Shown: positions 1-9,894 of the stretch, one piece after another
Layout of the letters: every line of letters begins with the position of its first letter
Numbering within the stretch: position 1 is the first letter of the stretch
Assembly (NCBI GenBank): GCA_963669175.1
Contig: OY769902.1
Span: 2,208,001 to 2,272,000 of the forward strand
Direction: 5' to 3'
DNA: 64,000 bases
From: a bacterium
GTDB lineage: Bacteria; Electryoneota; Electryoneia; Electryoneales; Electryoneaceae
Position numbers and translations under genes: made by a program
Notes under the pieces: generated by a model
What the model saw: only the letters and a program-made list of their open reading frames with translations
What the model was told of the DNA's origin: nothing
Databases searched by the model: none

Positions 1-223
1 GCCTTCCATCATGGGCTATGCGACCCTGCTTCGCAAGATGGAACGTGATGAAGCGGCTGTGGCCTTTGAAGAACTGGCCAGCAGTATCCGTACCGATCTG
101 CCGGAAATTATCCGTAACCGTGACCTCACCAACAAGCTGATCCCCATCCAGGTATGGCTGTCCGATGGTGAAGCCATCCCCGAAGAAGCGCTCTTCGAAG
201 ACGATGCCGCGATGTTGAACTGA
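1..223 (+). CDS. 3' end of a protein-coding gene that begins before the window; product unknown
   Basis: Frame is open from base 2 to the TGA at 221-223 with host-like codon usage; no recognisable motif. Confidence 0.6.
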   Translation, partial: PSIMGYATLLRKMERDEAAVAFEELASSIRTDLPEIIRNRDLTNKLIPIQVWLSDGEAIPEEALFEDDAAMLN

Positions 224-296
224 GTTTTCTGACTCACCGTTTTTACTCACAGGATAGTAAGATACAAGGATAAAGCAGGATAACTATGTCTGAATG

Positions 297-1002
297 ATTC
301 ACAGGATGGACAGGATGGGGAAGGATACTCAGGATGAAAAGAATGATGTTAAAAGACAATTATTTAGGGGATTTGGAAAGACTGTTCTATTATGTCATCC
401 CCGGCTTGAACGGGGATCTCGCTTGTGGAATATTCACAGGATGGACAGGATGGGGAAGGATACTCAGGATGAAAAGAATGATGTTAAAAGACAATTATTT
501 AGGGGATTTGGAAAGACTGTTCTATTATGTCATCCCCGGCTTGAACGGGGATCTCGCTTGTGGAATATTCACAGGATGGACAGGATGGGGAAGGATACTC
601 AGGATGAAAAGAATGATGTTAAAAGACAATTATTTAGGGGATTTGGAAAGACTGTTCTATTATGTCATCCCCGGCTTGAACGGGGATCTCGCTTGTGGAA
701 TATTCACAGGATGGACAGGATGGGGAAGGATACTCAGGATGAAAAGAATGATGTTAAAAGACAATTATTTAGGGGATTTGGAAAGACTGTTCTATTATGT
801 CATCCCCGGCTTGAACGGGGATCTCGCTTGTAGAATATTCACAGGATGGACAGGATGGGGAAGGATACTCAGGATGAAAAGAATGATGTTAAAAGACAAT
901 TATTTAGGGGATTTGGAAAGACTGTTCTATTATGTCATCCCCGGCTTGAACGGGGATCTCGCTTGTGGAATATTCACAGGATGGACAGGATGGGGAAGGA
1001 TA
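297..1002. repeat. Tandem array of 135-bp units (5 full copies plus a partial sixth)
   Basis: Unit starts ATTCACAGGATGGACAGGATGGGG at 297, 432, 567, 702, 837 and 972. The full units are identical except for G>A at 832. Each carries the palindrome TGTCATCCCCGGCTTGAACGGGGATCTC (first copy 393-420). Confidence 0.97.
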
Positions 1003-1291
1003 ATCAGAATGAAAGAATGATGAAGGATGAGAAGAATAATGGATGGATACAAGATTACTTCACAGGAATGGGGCATTCATTGTTGATAATAGTGCCAAGA
1101 CTGATCTGCCTGTTACACCAAAGCTCAATGGATTTGCGTGGTCTTTCTCTTCTTACTGTTCCTTACTTCTACAACAAAAGGGATATTGGCATCATCCCAT
1201 TATCCCAAAAAAACACATCTTTTATCCTTGAAATCCTTCTATCCTATCATCCTGTGAGTCCCGTCCTGTGAAGCCCATCCTGTAAGTCCCG

Positions 1292-2287
1292 TCAGAATCC
1301 CACCGCATCACGTACCAGTTGCATGGTTTCGTTGGCCAGTTCGTTGGCACGTTTGGCGCCCTGGTTCAGTACATCGCGCACGAAATCCGGATCGGCTGCG
1401 AGTTGCTTGCGTTTCTCACGATAAGGCCCAAAGTAGTCGTTGAGCTTACCCAGCAGTTCTTTTTTGGCGTGGCCGTAGCCGTAATTCCCGGCGCGATATT
1501 TCTCCGCCATCTCCTTCACTTCATCGTCCGTGGCGAACAGTTTGTACAGGTTATAAACGATGCACTTTTCCGGTTCCTTGGGTTCTTCCAATGGGGTGGA
1601 ATCGGTCTGGATCGCCATGACGGTTTTTTTCAGCGCTTTGCCTTCCTGGAAGATCTCGATGGTGTTGTTGTAGCTTTTCGACATCTTCATGAAACTGCCG
1701 TCTTCTTCCTTGCTGGTTCCGATCACCTTGGCGGACTTGTTGAAGCGTGCGTCCGGGAGGGGGAAGACTTCCGTCTGGAAGGTCTCATTGAAATAGGTCG
1801 CCATGTCACGTGTCATCTCAAGATGCTGTTGCTGGTCTTTGCCGACCGGGACGACATGGGAACGGTAGATCAGGATATCGGACGCCATGAGCACCGGGTA
1901 GAAATAGAGCCCGGCGTTGGGAGTGATTCCCTTTGCGGTCTTGTCTTTGTATGACGTGGCACGATCCAGCAGTCCTTTGCCCGTAACGCAGGAGAGAATC
2001 CAGGTCAGCTCGGTTACCTGGGGCACATCGGTTTGCAGGAACAAGGTGGCCTTTTCCGGTTCGAGACCCAATGCCAGCAGGTCGAGGACGGCGTTCCAGG
2101 CCAGCTCACGCATGCGTTCACGTTCCTGAATGGTCGTCAGCGCGTGGTAATTGGCGATGAAGTAGAGGGCGTCGCCTTCGTGTTGCAATTCGATGTACTG
2201 CTTGATCGCGCCGAAATAGTTTCCGATATGCAGGGTGCCCGATGACTGAATGCCGGACAGAATGCGTTTGGGTTGCTGGTCGCTCAT
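1292..2287 (-). CDS. trpS: Tryptophanyl-tRNA synthetase
   Basis: SGIQSSGTLHIGNY (HIGH-type motif), VPVGKDQQQHLE and KMSKS; 331 aa. Confidence 0.97.
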   Translation of the reverse strand: MSDQQPKRILSGIQSSGTLHIGNYFGAIKQYIELQHEGDALYFIANYHALTTIQERERMRELAWNAVLDLLALGLEPEKATLFLQTDVPQVTELTWILSCVTGKGLLDRATSYKDKTAKGITPNAGLYFYPVLMASDILIYRSHVVPVGKDQQQHLEMTRDMATYFNETFQTEVFPLPDARFNKSAKVIGTSKEEDGSFMKMSKSYNNTIEIFQEGKALKKTVMAIQTDSTPLEEPKEPEKCIVYNLYKLFATDDEVKEMAEKYRAGNYGYGHAKKELLGKLNDYFGPYREKRKQLAADPDFVRDVLNQGAKRANELANETMQLVRDAVGF

Positions 2288-2334
2288 GCTGTGTAACTCT
2301 TTTCGTTTACAATGACATCTTCATCCCCGAACTA

Positions 2335-2378
2335 TGTCATCCCCGAAGCAGCGTTTGTTTGCTGCTATCGGGGATCTC
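2335..2378 (+). repeat. Dispersed REP-like palindrome (GTCATCCCCG...CGGGGATCTC family)
   Basis: TGTCATCCCCGAAGCAGC-GTTTGTTT-GCTGCTATCGGGGATCTC; same ends as the palindrome in the 135-bp unit and the inverted copy at 13931-13959. Confidence 0.8.
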
Positions 2379-2437
2379 GAGGATACGTAATCAAAATACA
2401 ACAACAGGTTCAAATTCACCTGCACCGTGACACTACA

Positions 2438-2971
2438 TCATTCTTCTGCCGGATGCAACCCCCAGTACCGGCCATCCAGGTATACGAGCTGCTCCTTGGA
2501 CAAGGGATTCGCACGCCCGGAGCGTTTGATAAAACGCTCTTCCGTATGCATGCCGACCACTTCAGCGATAAAAATGCGATGTGTGCCGAGTTCATAGTCC
2601 TGTTTCACTTTGCAGGCCAGGTTCAGGAAGCACTCCTTCGCCATGGGGGCATGTTCCAGGGGGGGACAGGGAACAGGAGTCCAGCCAAGAGTGTCGAACT
2701 TCTGTATGTCTTTGCCCGATTCGCTGCCGCATAGCTTCACCGCTTCCAGGTCGTCAATACGGGGAAGATTCACCGAGAATTCACCCGTTTCCATGATAAG
2801 TGGATAACTGAATCGTTCCGGGCGAATCGAAACACTGACCATCGGCGGTTCGCTGCAAACCGTGCCGAACCAGGAACAGGTTATCAGGTTCGGTTTTTCA
2901 ACAGTCCCACTCCCAATCAACACCACCGGTGCGGGGAAAGTGTGTACGTATGGGTCAACGTAAACTTTCAT
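2438..2971 (-). CDS. Flavin reductase family protein (DIM6/NTAB-like)
   Basis: FPAPVVLI, PPMVSVSIRPERFSY, GEFSVNLP, CGSESGKDIQKF and LGTHRIFIAEV motifs. Confidence 0.88.
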   Translation of the reverse strand: MKVYVDPYVHTFPAPVVLIGSGTVEKPNLITCSWFGTVCSEPPMVSVSIRPERFSYPLIMETGEFSVNLPRIDDLEAVKLCGSESGKDIQKFDTLGWTPVPCPPLEHAPMAKECFLNLACKVKQDYELGTHRIFIAEVVGMHTEERFIKRSGRANPLSKEQLVYLDGRYWGLHPAEE

Positions 2972-3008
2972 GCTTGCCTCCTGTAAGCGAACTTCCTAAT
3001 ATAAGACT

Positions 3009-3443
3009 ATGCACAAGCTGATACGCTTTCACCCGGCCCATGATCTATCCCCGGAGCAACTCATTGTTGCACGTCTGCAACTGATTCTGATTACGACTGC
3101 ACTCGGTATCGTGGAAGCCCTGCTGGTATTTTTCGGTGACTCACTTATCCTTCTGGTTCCGCCTTGTCCCTTTCATGCGTTGACCGGGCTGAAGTGTCCG
3201 TTCTGCGGGGCAACCACCGGATTGCTGGCGTTGTTGTCCGGTGATGTGATCGGGATGATAAAGGCGAATGTTCTGTATGTCGTCGCATTGCCGATATTCC
3301 TGTATTGGTTGGTGGGGCGAGTCTGGATGGTTCTGAGGAGACGCGCGATTCCTGCAATAGCCTTGACCAAATCCGGTTGGATTCTAACAAGTATTTTCCT
3401 TGTTGGGTTTATGGCTGGACGGAATATCAGCCTGTTCATGTAA
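3009..3443 (+). CDS. DUF2752-type membrane protein
   Basis: CPFHALTGLKCPFCGAT signature flanked by hydrophobic helices; ends in RNI motif. Confidence 0.8.
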   Translation: MHKLIRFHPAHDLSPEQLIVARLQLILITTALGIVEALLVFFGDSLILLVPPCPFHALTGLKCPFCGATTGLLALLSGDVIGMIKANVLYVVALPIFLYWLVGRVWMVLRRRAIPAIALTKSGWILTSIFLVGFMAGRNISLFM

Positions 3444-3554
3444 TTATCAAAGAAAATTGGCCTTCCTGGTTTGCATCCAGCCTTATACCTGCTAACTTTC
3501 CTGTGTCATTATTTGCTTTCAATCGATTGATATCACGATACAAGCGAGCCGGCC

Positions 3555-6031
3555 ATGCGTTCTGTCAAAGTCGCAGTGTGGTGTCTTGTTCTATCCTTTT
3601 GCTATACGTTTTCTCATGCCCTCGAACCATCCAATCTCGAAGGAATCTGGCAAGGAACCTTCCCTGCCTCGCCGGTAGATGTCAATCTCTACTGGCGAAT
3701 TACCTGTATTGAGGATAATTCTGTCGTCGTCTGGTATGATTCTCCGTTCTACGGGATAAAGGATGTTCCTGTGCCGGTGGTAGAAGTGACTGAAGACAGC
3801 CTGGTAATGAGTGTTGGCCTGTTTCCCTCGGAGTTTCGTGGCGGATTCGGATTCGAAGATAATGTGATTCGTGGAAGCTATAAGGGGGAAGGCCCATCAG
3901 TGCCTTTTGCAATCGTACGCATCAGCGCGAATCCGGAAACATTACTCCCTTATATGCGGCCGCGATTATCCGAATCCGGTGAAGCGGAGTTGAAATACAA
4001 TTACCTCATCCCCGAGCAGGTAGAAGGAGGTTGGCCGGTCGCCAGCGCGGAGGAGGTTGGCCTGGACAGCGACTTGCTGGAGCAGTTTACACAGCAGGCG
4101 CTGGCTGAGAAGTATCCCAACCTGCACAGCCTGCTGATCGTGAAAGACGGCAAGCTGGTATACGAGGAATATTTCTACGGTCATGACCGGAACATCCCGC
4201 ACCATATCTATTCCAACGGCAAGGGCATCACCAGCCTGGCAATCGGGATGGCAATTGAACAGGGCTATATCGAAAGTGTGGATGCGCCGATTGTATCCTT
4301 TTTCTCCGATTACGAAGCGTTGTTCGATGTTCCCGGCAAACGGCAGCAAACCCTGTATCATTACCTGTCTATGACCTCCGGGCTCGAGTGGGACGAGACC
4401 TCAACATCCTATTACGATCCACGCAACACCAATCGTCAGATGCAGTCCAGCCCGGATTATTACGAGTTCATTTTCAGCCGTCCCCTGGTGGATCGCCCCG
4501 GAACGAAATTCACCTACAATTCCGGTCTGCCGAATGTGTTAAACGCTGTGTTGTGGATAAAAACAGAGACGCCGCCCTGGGAATACATCGAAGCCAACAT
4601 CTTCCGTCCACTCGGGTTTGAGTACTATGCCTGGGATACCACGCCCGGTGGGAACCTGGGCGGCATATTCCTGCGGCCACGAGATTTTTTGAAGTTGGGC
4701 CAGCTTTACATGGATCGTGGAAACTGGGATGGGGAACAAATCATATCCCCGAAGTGGTTTGACAACTGCTATAAGCCAGGCAGGTTGTGCGAAGGGCCGG
4801 AGTACTGGAATCACTGGGGCAGAGAAGTCATGTTTGTCGATGGTGTCCCAGTGGTTGAGTACAGCGGGGGTGGTTTTGGCGGACAGGGGATTCATGCTGT
4901 TCCGGAGTACAACCTCGTCGTCGCCATGAATGCCGGGAACTACTTCACCCCCTCAGTAGATCAAGACCAGATTTTGACCACCTACATCCTGCCGCCACTG
5001 GTTGAAGCGTCAAAACCCTCACCTGATTACGAATACACGGGCGACAGCACATTTACCGGTATCACAGGGCTTCAGTATCACGACACCATGATTGCCGGAC
5101 TGGGAGCGCTATGGGGCGCTATGGAATACCTGGGCAAGGATGTCAGCGAAGCGTGGGTGTATGGCATCACCGGAACCGCGTTCATCCTCAACGCCAATCC
5201 ATCCATCTATCCCAATTGCCTGGGACGGTGGGCGAATACCCGGTATGGGGAAATGCTGGAGAAGGCTGGAATCGACGGAAATATGTACGCCGCTTACTAC
5301 CGTCAACTGGATTTCGAAGAGACCCGGAAAACCGCCTGGGACTCGGTGCGGGCTGCGCTGGATCGAGGCTGCCCGGTCACCGGCTTCCATATGAATATTC
5401 CCGAGATGTACGTGATCTATGGCTATGACCGGTATGGCTACTATTTCAAGGGATCAGAATGTCCGACCGGGTATGGTCCGCGTTGTTGGAACACGATTGC
5501 CGACAATGAACCAGGCTGGTTTGAGATGCAGACACTTTGGGCATGTGAAGAGGTTTCGAGTCAGGAGTTGGTGTTAGCTGCTCTTTCATATGCCGTTGAA
5601 TTGAATTCTTCTCCTGAAAATCACCAGCATCGTGGTTATACCTTTGGGCCGGGTGCGTATGATGTCTGGCAGGAACGCTCAAGGGCACGGACGCCGACTG
5701 GTTCGGGGTGGCGTATACCGCTGCAGGGTGGGCCACATGTCGGCAGAAAGCGGCGGATTTCCTTTTGGAAGCACGTGCGGTTTTGCCAGCAGATTATTGT
5801 GATGGGTTGGTCGAAGCCGAAACCTGTTATCGGACAGTCGCGGATTGCTGGCAGCAAGTCAGCGAATTATTCCCCTTTGAGGGTACGGAACGCTGGCAGA
5901 AAATCGAGAACTGGGAAAATGAAGAGAACAGGAAGCACGCATCGGAATTATTGCAACAAGCTGCACAAGCGGAAGCGAAGGGGTTGGTAGCGATAACCAC
6001 TGTGTTAGCTTCCTGTAAAACCGGAAAATAG
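3555..6031 (+). pseudogene. Secreted serine hydrolase (beta-lactamase/AmpC-like) fused to a C-terminal domain of unknown function; frameshifted near 5676
   Basis: Signal peptide, SxxK (SNGK), LSMTSGL, FTYNSG and RPRDFLKLGQL motifs. The original frame becomes Arg-rich nonsense after YDVWQE, while the alternative frame continues LKGTDADWFGVAYTAAGWATCRQKAADFL to the stop at 6031. May be a sequencing indel. Confidence 0.75.
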
Positions 6032-6163
6032 ATCTATCCATATCAGAAATACTGGTGAAAGCATTCACAATCTGCCTCCACGTTTTCTTGCACCTGTTTG
6101 CCGCGCCGTGTACTTTGCTAACCTCCTGCGAGGTGCAGGCAAGGTTCATAGACGAGGTAGCTC

Positions 6164-8167
6164 ATGGCGTCCGCCCCAAAGACGATGACCCCTGACGAGT
6201 TGGAAGCACAATGGTATCGTGATCATTATCGCGGTGCCGACATGAAACAGCTTACATTCCGCGCTGTTTTCATGGGCGGGTTGCTCGGCGCAGTTTTGTC
6301 GCTGACCAACCTGTATATCGGGCTGAAAACCGGTTGGGGATTCGGGGTGGCCATTACCGCCTGCGTGTTGTCGTATGCCATCTGGAAAGGATTGATGACA
6401 CTACGCATTGCCAAGACGGATATGACCATCCTTGAGAATAACTGTATGCAATCCACTGCGTCCTCCGCCGGATATTCAACAGGAGGTACGCTTGTATCCG
6501 CCATCGCGGCTTACCTGCTGGTGACGGGTGAGCATATTCCCTATGGATTGCTGACTGCCTGGATTTTCTTCCTTGCCGTGCTGGGGGTAACCCTGGCAAT
6601 CCCGATGAAACGGCAGATGATCAATGTGGAACGATTACGTTTCCCCTCCGGCATCGCCGCCGCCATGACGTTACGCAGCCTGCACAACGATTACCAGCAT
6701 TCACCCGCACTGGAAGGGCCGCCATCGGAAGCCGGTACGGCTGATGGTAAAAGCGCGGAAGAAGCTGCCATGGAAGAGATGGCGGAGATGGAGGGTACTG
6801 TCGGCAGTGCCGAGGAGGCATCCAAGAGCGCAAAATCGCTATTCCTTGCCGGTGGCTTGGGTGGATTGGTCGCGTTCCTGCGTGACGGTCCCTACATGCT
6901 GTACGAACTGGGTCTGACTGCCAAAGAGTACGTGCTGGTCAAATACGCCTACCCCATCTTCGGCGAACGGATGTTCAACTATACGGTAGGCATTGAAGGA
7001 AGCCTGCTGCTGGTTGCCGGTGGCGCGTTGATGGGATTCCGTGTCGCGGCCAGCGTAATGCTGGGATCGATCCTCTGCTGGGTGGTGCTGGTGCCCTATA
7101 TGCACGGGATTGGAGTAATTGAAGCGCTGGATTACCGTACCATGGTTTCCTGGTCCCTGTGGGGTGGGGCATCGTGTATGGTTACCAGTGGCTTGCTGGC
7201 CTTTGCGATGCAATGGAAGTCGGTGATTCGTGCGCTCAGTGGTGTGACAAAAATCTTCAGTCCATCCAAAACCGAGTCCAAAGAAGCGGAGATGGAATCC
7301 ATCGAAGTGCCCGGATCCTGGTTCATGGGCGGCGGCCTGGTTGGCGCGGTGGGTGTAATCGGGATTGCCTATTTCGCGTTTAACATGCCGGTCTGGATGG
7401 GCGCGCTAGCCGTGCTGCTTTCCTTCTTCCTGGCACTGGTCGCCTGTCGTGTGGCGGGTGAAACTGATACAACCCCGGTTGGTGCGATGGGGAAAGTGAC
7501 ACAGTTGTTCTACGGCGCGATTACACCAAAAGCCATGCGTGTCAATGCCCCGCAGCAGACCATGAATGTTAACCTGATGGCTGCGTGCATCACGGCCGGT
7601 GTGGCAGACAGCGCCTCCGACCTGCTGATCGACCTGAAAAGCGGGTACGTGCTGGGCGCAAACCCACGCAAGCAGTTCCTGGCCCAGTTCAGCGGGATCT
7701 TTGTTGGTACGGCCGTAACAGTCCCAGCCTTCTACCTGCTGGTTCCCAATGCGCAGGCGTTAGGGACCGATCAGTGGCCCGCTCCGGCGGCTCAGGTATG
7801 GGCATCGGTCGCCAAGTTGCTCTCACAGGGACTCGATTCACTTCATCCCACAGCACAGGCGGCGCTGATCATCGGTGGTCTGGTAGGGATTCTGCTGGTG
7901 GCATTGGCGAGAGTGCTTCCCCCGAAGGTAGCGGCCTGGGTGCCGAGCCCGATGGGAATCGGACTGGCCTTCACGTTCCATTTTTACTACGGCCTGTCGA
8001 TGTTTATCGGCGGTGTGATTGGCCTGATCGTTGCCAAGAAATTCCCGTCTCTGGATAAGCTATATACTTTCCCTGTGGCGTCCGGGATTATCGCAGGGGA
8101 AAGCCTGATGGGCATTTTCCTGATCCTGATCCCGATTCTGACGGGGATCATCATGGGGAACGCCTGA
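6164..8167 (+). CDS. OPT/YSL family oligopeptide transporter
   Basis: QLTFRAV, NLYIGLKTGW, ENNCMQS, LRFPSGIAAA, DLKSGYVLGANPRKQF and ASGIIAGESL; many TM segments; RBS GAGG. Confidence 0.93.
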   Translation: MASAPKTMTPDELEAQWYRDHYRGADMKQLTFRAVFMGGLLGAVLSLTNLYIGLKTGWGFGVAITACVLSYAIWKGLMTLRIAKTDMTILENNCMQSTASSAGYSTGGTLVSAIAAYLLVTGEHIPYGLLTAWIFFLAVLGVTLAIPMKRQMINVERLRFPSGIAAAMTLRSLHNDYQHSPALEGPPSEAGTADGKSAEEAAMEEMAEMEGTVGSAEEASKSAKSLFLAGGLGGLVAFLRDGPYMLYELGLTAKEYVLVKYAYPIFGERMFNYTVGIEGSLLLVAGGALMGFRVAASVMLGSILCWVVLVPYMHGIGVIEALDYRTMVSWSLWGGASCMVTSGLLAFAMQWKSVIRALSGVTKIFSPSKTESKEAEMESIEVPGSWFMGGGLVGAVGVIGIAYFAFNMPVWMGALAVLLSFFLALVACRVAGETDTTPVGAMGKVTQLFYGAITPKAMRVNAPQQTMNVNLMAACITAGVADSASDLLIDLKSGYVLGANPRKQFLAQFSGIFVGTAVTVPAFYLLVPNAQALGTDQWPAPAAQVWASVAKLLSQGLDSLHPTAQAALIIGGLVGILLVALARVLPPKVAAWVPSPMGIGLAFTFHFYYGLSMFIGGVIGLIVAKKFPSLDKLYTFPVASGIIAGESLMGIFLILIPILTGIIMGNA

Positions 8168-8193
8168 TTAGCCTATTGATTACGATTACTGTT

Positions 8194-8226
8194 GCCCGTT
8201 CCTGGTTCCAGGGGCGGGCTTTTTTC
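8194..8226 (+). terminator. Rho-independent terminator of the OPT gene
   Basis: GCCCGTTCCTGG...CCAGGGGCGGGC stem followed by a T run. Confidence 0.75.
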
Positions 8227-8249
8227 TGCTCTTGGGTCTCACATAAAGA

Positions 8250-8420
8250 AAACCCTGAAAAAGATTGTTTCACTCGGAGCAGCAAAGGCGCAAAAGATAA
8301 CCGTTGAAAGGCATGATTCACGCAAAGCCGCAAAGGACGCAAAGGAAAACCATTGAAAGGCATGTTTCACGCAAAGCCGCAAAGGACGCAAAGGAAAACC
8401 GGTGAAAGACATGTAAACCA
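8250..8420. repeat. Short tandem repeat, about 49-bp unit, about 3 copies
   Basis: TTCACGCAAAGCCGCAAAGGACGCAAAGGAAAACC at 8317 and 8366, with a degenerate copy at 8269. Confidence 0.85.
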
Positions 8421-8762
8421 CAGAAAAAATAACCTGCCATAAAGATAGTATCTTTTCTGAGTATCGAGCCTATCAGTTTTTCAAAAACAGTTTATCCTTT
8501 TCATCCTTATCATCCTTGTCATCCTGTAAATTCTCCCCAGGCTTCCCTTCGTTATTCCGTAAATTCTACTCCAAATTTCCCTTCAGAATCTTACTGTTTC
8601 ATGAGCATGAGGCGGAGGATTTCTACAACGCTACATCACTTGTAGCGGGCCGCAACATAGTGCTGTCACTTCCAAATCAGTAGCGACAAGTGTAGCTCTC
8701 GGTCTTGCTCTAATATATTGTAAATATTAAATATCTCTCCTTGTCTCGCTTCGATTTCAGAC

Positions 8763-8779
8763 TTGGCATACCCGTTGCA
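8763..8779 (+). promoter_or_regulatory. Sigma54 (-24/-12) promoter upstream of the TonB-domain gene
   Basis: TTGGCAT-ACCCG-TTGCA has the exact GG-N10-GC spacing and lies about 50 bp before the ATG; AT-rich tract at about 8711-8734 and a candidate UAS at 8641-8657. Confidence 0.75.
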
Positions 8780-8831
8780 ATTACCCTTGCCAGAGTGTGG
8801 GCCGTGATATTCCCGTTGGGAGGACATAAAG

Positions 8832-9281
8832 ATGCGAAAAACGATTCTTTTACTGATGGTCAGTGTTTTAGTGCTTGGGGTTGGCAGTGTATTCGCCGGT
8901 GATCAGGTTGCGGTTGAGCTGAAAGAGCTGACCTGCACCTATGATTGTGCGAAACCAGTCGAAACAGTAAAGCCGGAACGTGTTTTTTACATGCCCGGTC
9001 ATGAGGTGGAAGGGTATGTGACCCTGGAAATCACAGTGGATGAAGAAGGTCAAGTGGAAAATGCACGAGTTCTTTACAAAACCAGCAACCTCGCTGTTCA
9101 TAACGCGGTTGATGCTGTCAGCCAGTGGCAGTTCGAGCCGGCCAAGCTTAACGGGCAACCCGTACGCAGTCGTGTCGCCTACAGTCTTCCGTTTGGACGC
9201 GACCTGGAAATCCTGGTTGCAGAAGATTACGAAGCCAAGGTGATGATTGAAGAGCAGATGGTGACCGCGTATACGAAGTAG
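8832..9281 (+). CDS. Small exported protein with a TonB C-terminal domain
   Basis: Signal peptide; VEGYVTLEITVDEEGQVENARV and AVDAVSQWQFEPAKLNGQPV; RBS GGAGG. Confidence 0.85.
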   Translation: MRKTILLLMVSVLVLGVGSVFAGDQVAVELKELTCTYDCAKPVETVKPERVFYMPGHEVEGYVTLEITVDEEGQVENARVLYKTSNLAVHNAVDAVSQWQFEPAKLNGQPVRSRVAYSLPFGRDLEILVAEDYEAKVMIEEQMVTAYTK

Positions 9282-9302
9282 TTTTTCAACGTGTCGACAT
9301 TC

Positions 9303-9335
9303 AACCCGCATGCGATCAGGTGTGCGGGTTTTCTT
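9303..9335 (+). terminator. Rho-independent terminator
   Basis: AACCCGCATGC...GTGTGCGGGTT stem followed by TTCTT. Confidence 0.75.
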
Positions 9336-9370
9336 ATGTGATTTGTTCCACTGGATATAGAGGTTTCCCC

Positions 9371-9399
9371 TTGACGCAACTCGCGGGGTACTGTACATT
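9371..9399 (+). promoter_or_regulatory. Sigma70-type promoter
   Basis: TTGACG-N17-TACATT, 35 bp before the ATG at 9435. Confidence 0.65.
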
Positions 9400-9434
9400 T
9401 GCAAAGTGATTGCAAAACACGTGGAAAGGCCTGT

Positions 9435-9887
9435 ATGACGATCCGTAGAAGCCTGGTTCTCGCCTTGTTGTCGTTGTTCCTGCTTGCCATGTTCGCGCAG
9501 GCGCGCACGTATCGAGATCGTTACGGTTCCGGCGTATGGTATCTGAACAAGGGCAAGTATGAGAAAGCCATCGAGGAGTTTCGTGACCTGCTCAAGGAAG
9601 ATCCGGATCATGAACTTGCTGATGACTGCCAGTACCGGATCGGTTTGAGTTATTACAAGCTGGAGCAATATGAGCAGGCCCTGATAGAGTTTGACCGTGC
9701 TTTTGCCTATCCCAATTCAGACCAGTGTGAGGACGCTTTGTTCATGATTGCAAATTGTCATGAGAAGATGGGCGAGCCGGAACCTGCTCTGGAAGTTTAC
9801 AAGCGGTTTGTCGCGTTGTACCCGGAAGATCGTCATGCTGAGGATGCACGCGAAAAGATCGAGGAACTCTCACCCAGCGAACCATAG
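9435..9887 (+). CDS. Exported tetratricopeptide repeat protein (CpoB/YbgF- or BamD-like)
   Basis: Signal peptide plus three TPR-like repeats (ADDCQYRIGLSYYKLEQYEQA; EDALFMIANCHEKMG; FVALYPED). Confidence 0.8.
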   Translation: MTIRRSLVLALLSLFLLAMFAQARTYRDRYGSGVWYLNKGKYEKAIEEFRDLLKEDPDHELADDCQYRIGLSYYKLEQYEQALIEFDRAFAYPNSDQCEDALFMIANCHEKMGEPEPALEVYKRFVALYPEDRHAEDAREKIEELSPSEP

Positions 9888-9894
9888 AAGTCTT

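Noticed and set aside
297-1002. CRISPR array, or real repeat-protein ORFs (294..833, 334..1020, 846..1271)
   Set aside because: Whole units are identical, so there are no unique spacers, and no cas genes are in the window. The ORFs arise because the unit is a multiple of 3; they lack protein-like features, and one is cut by the single SNP.
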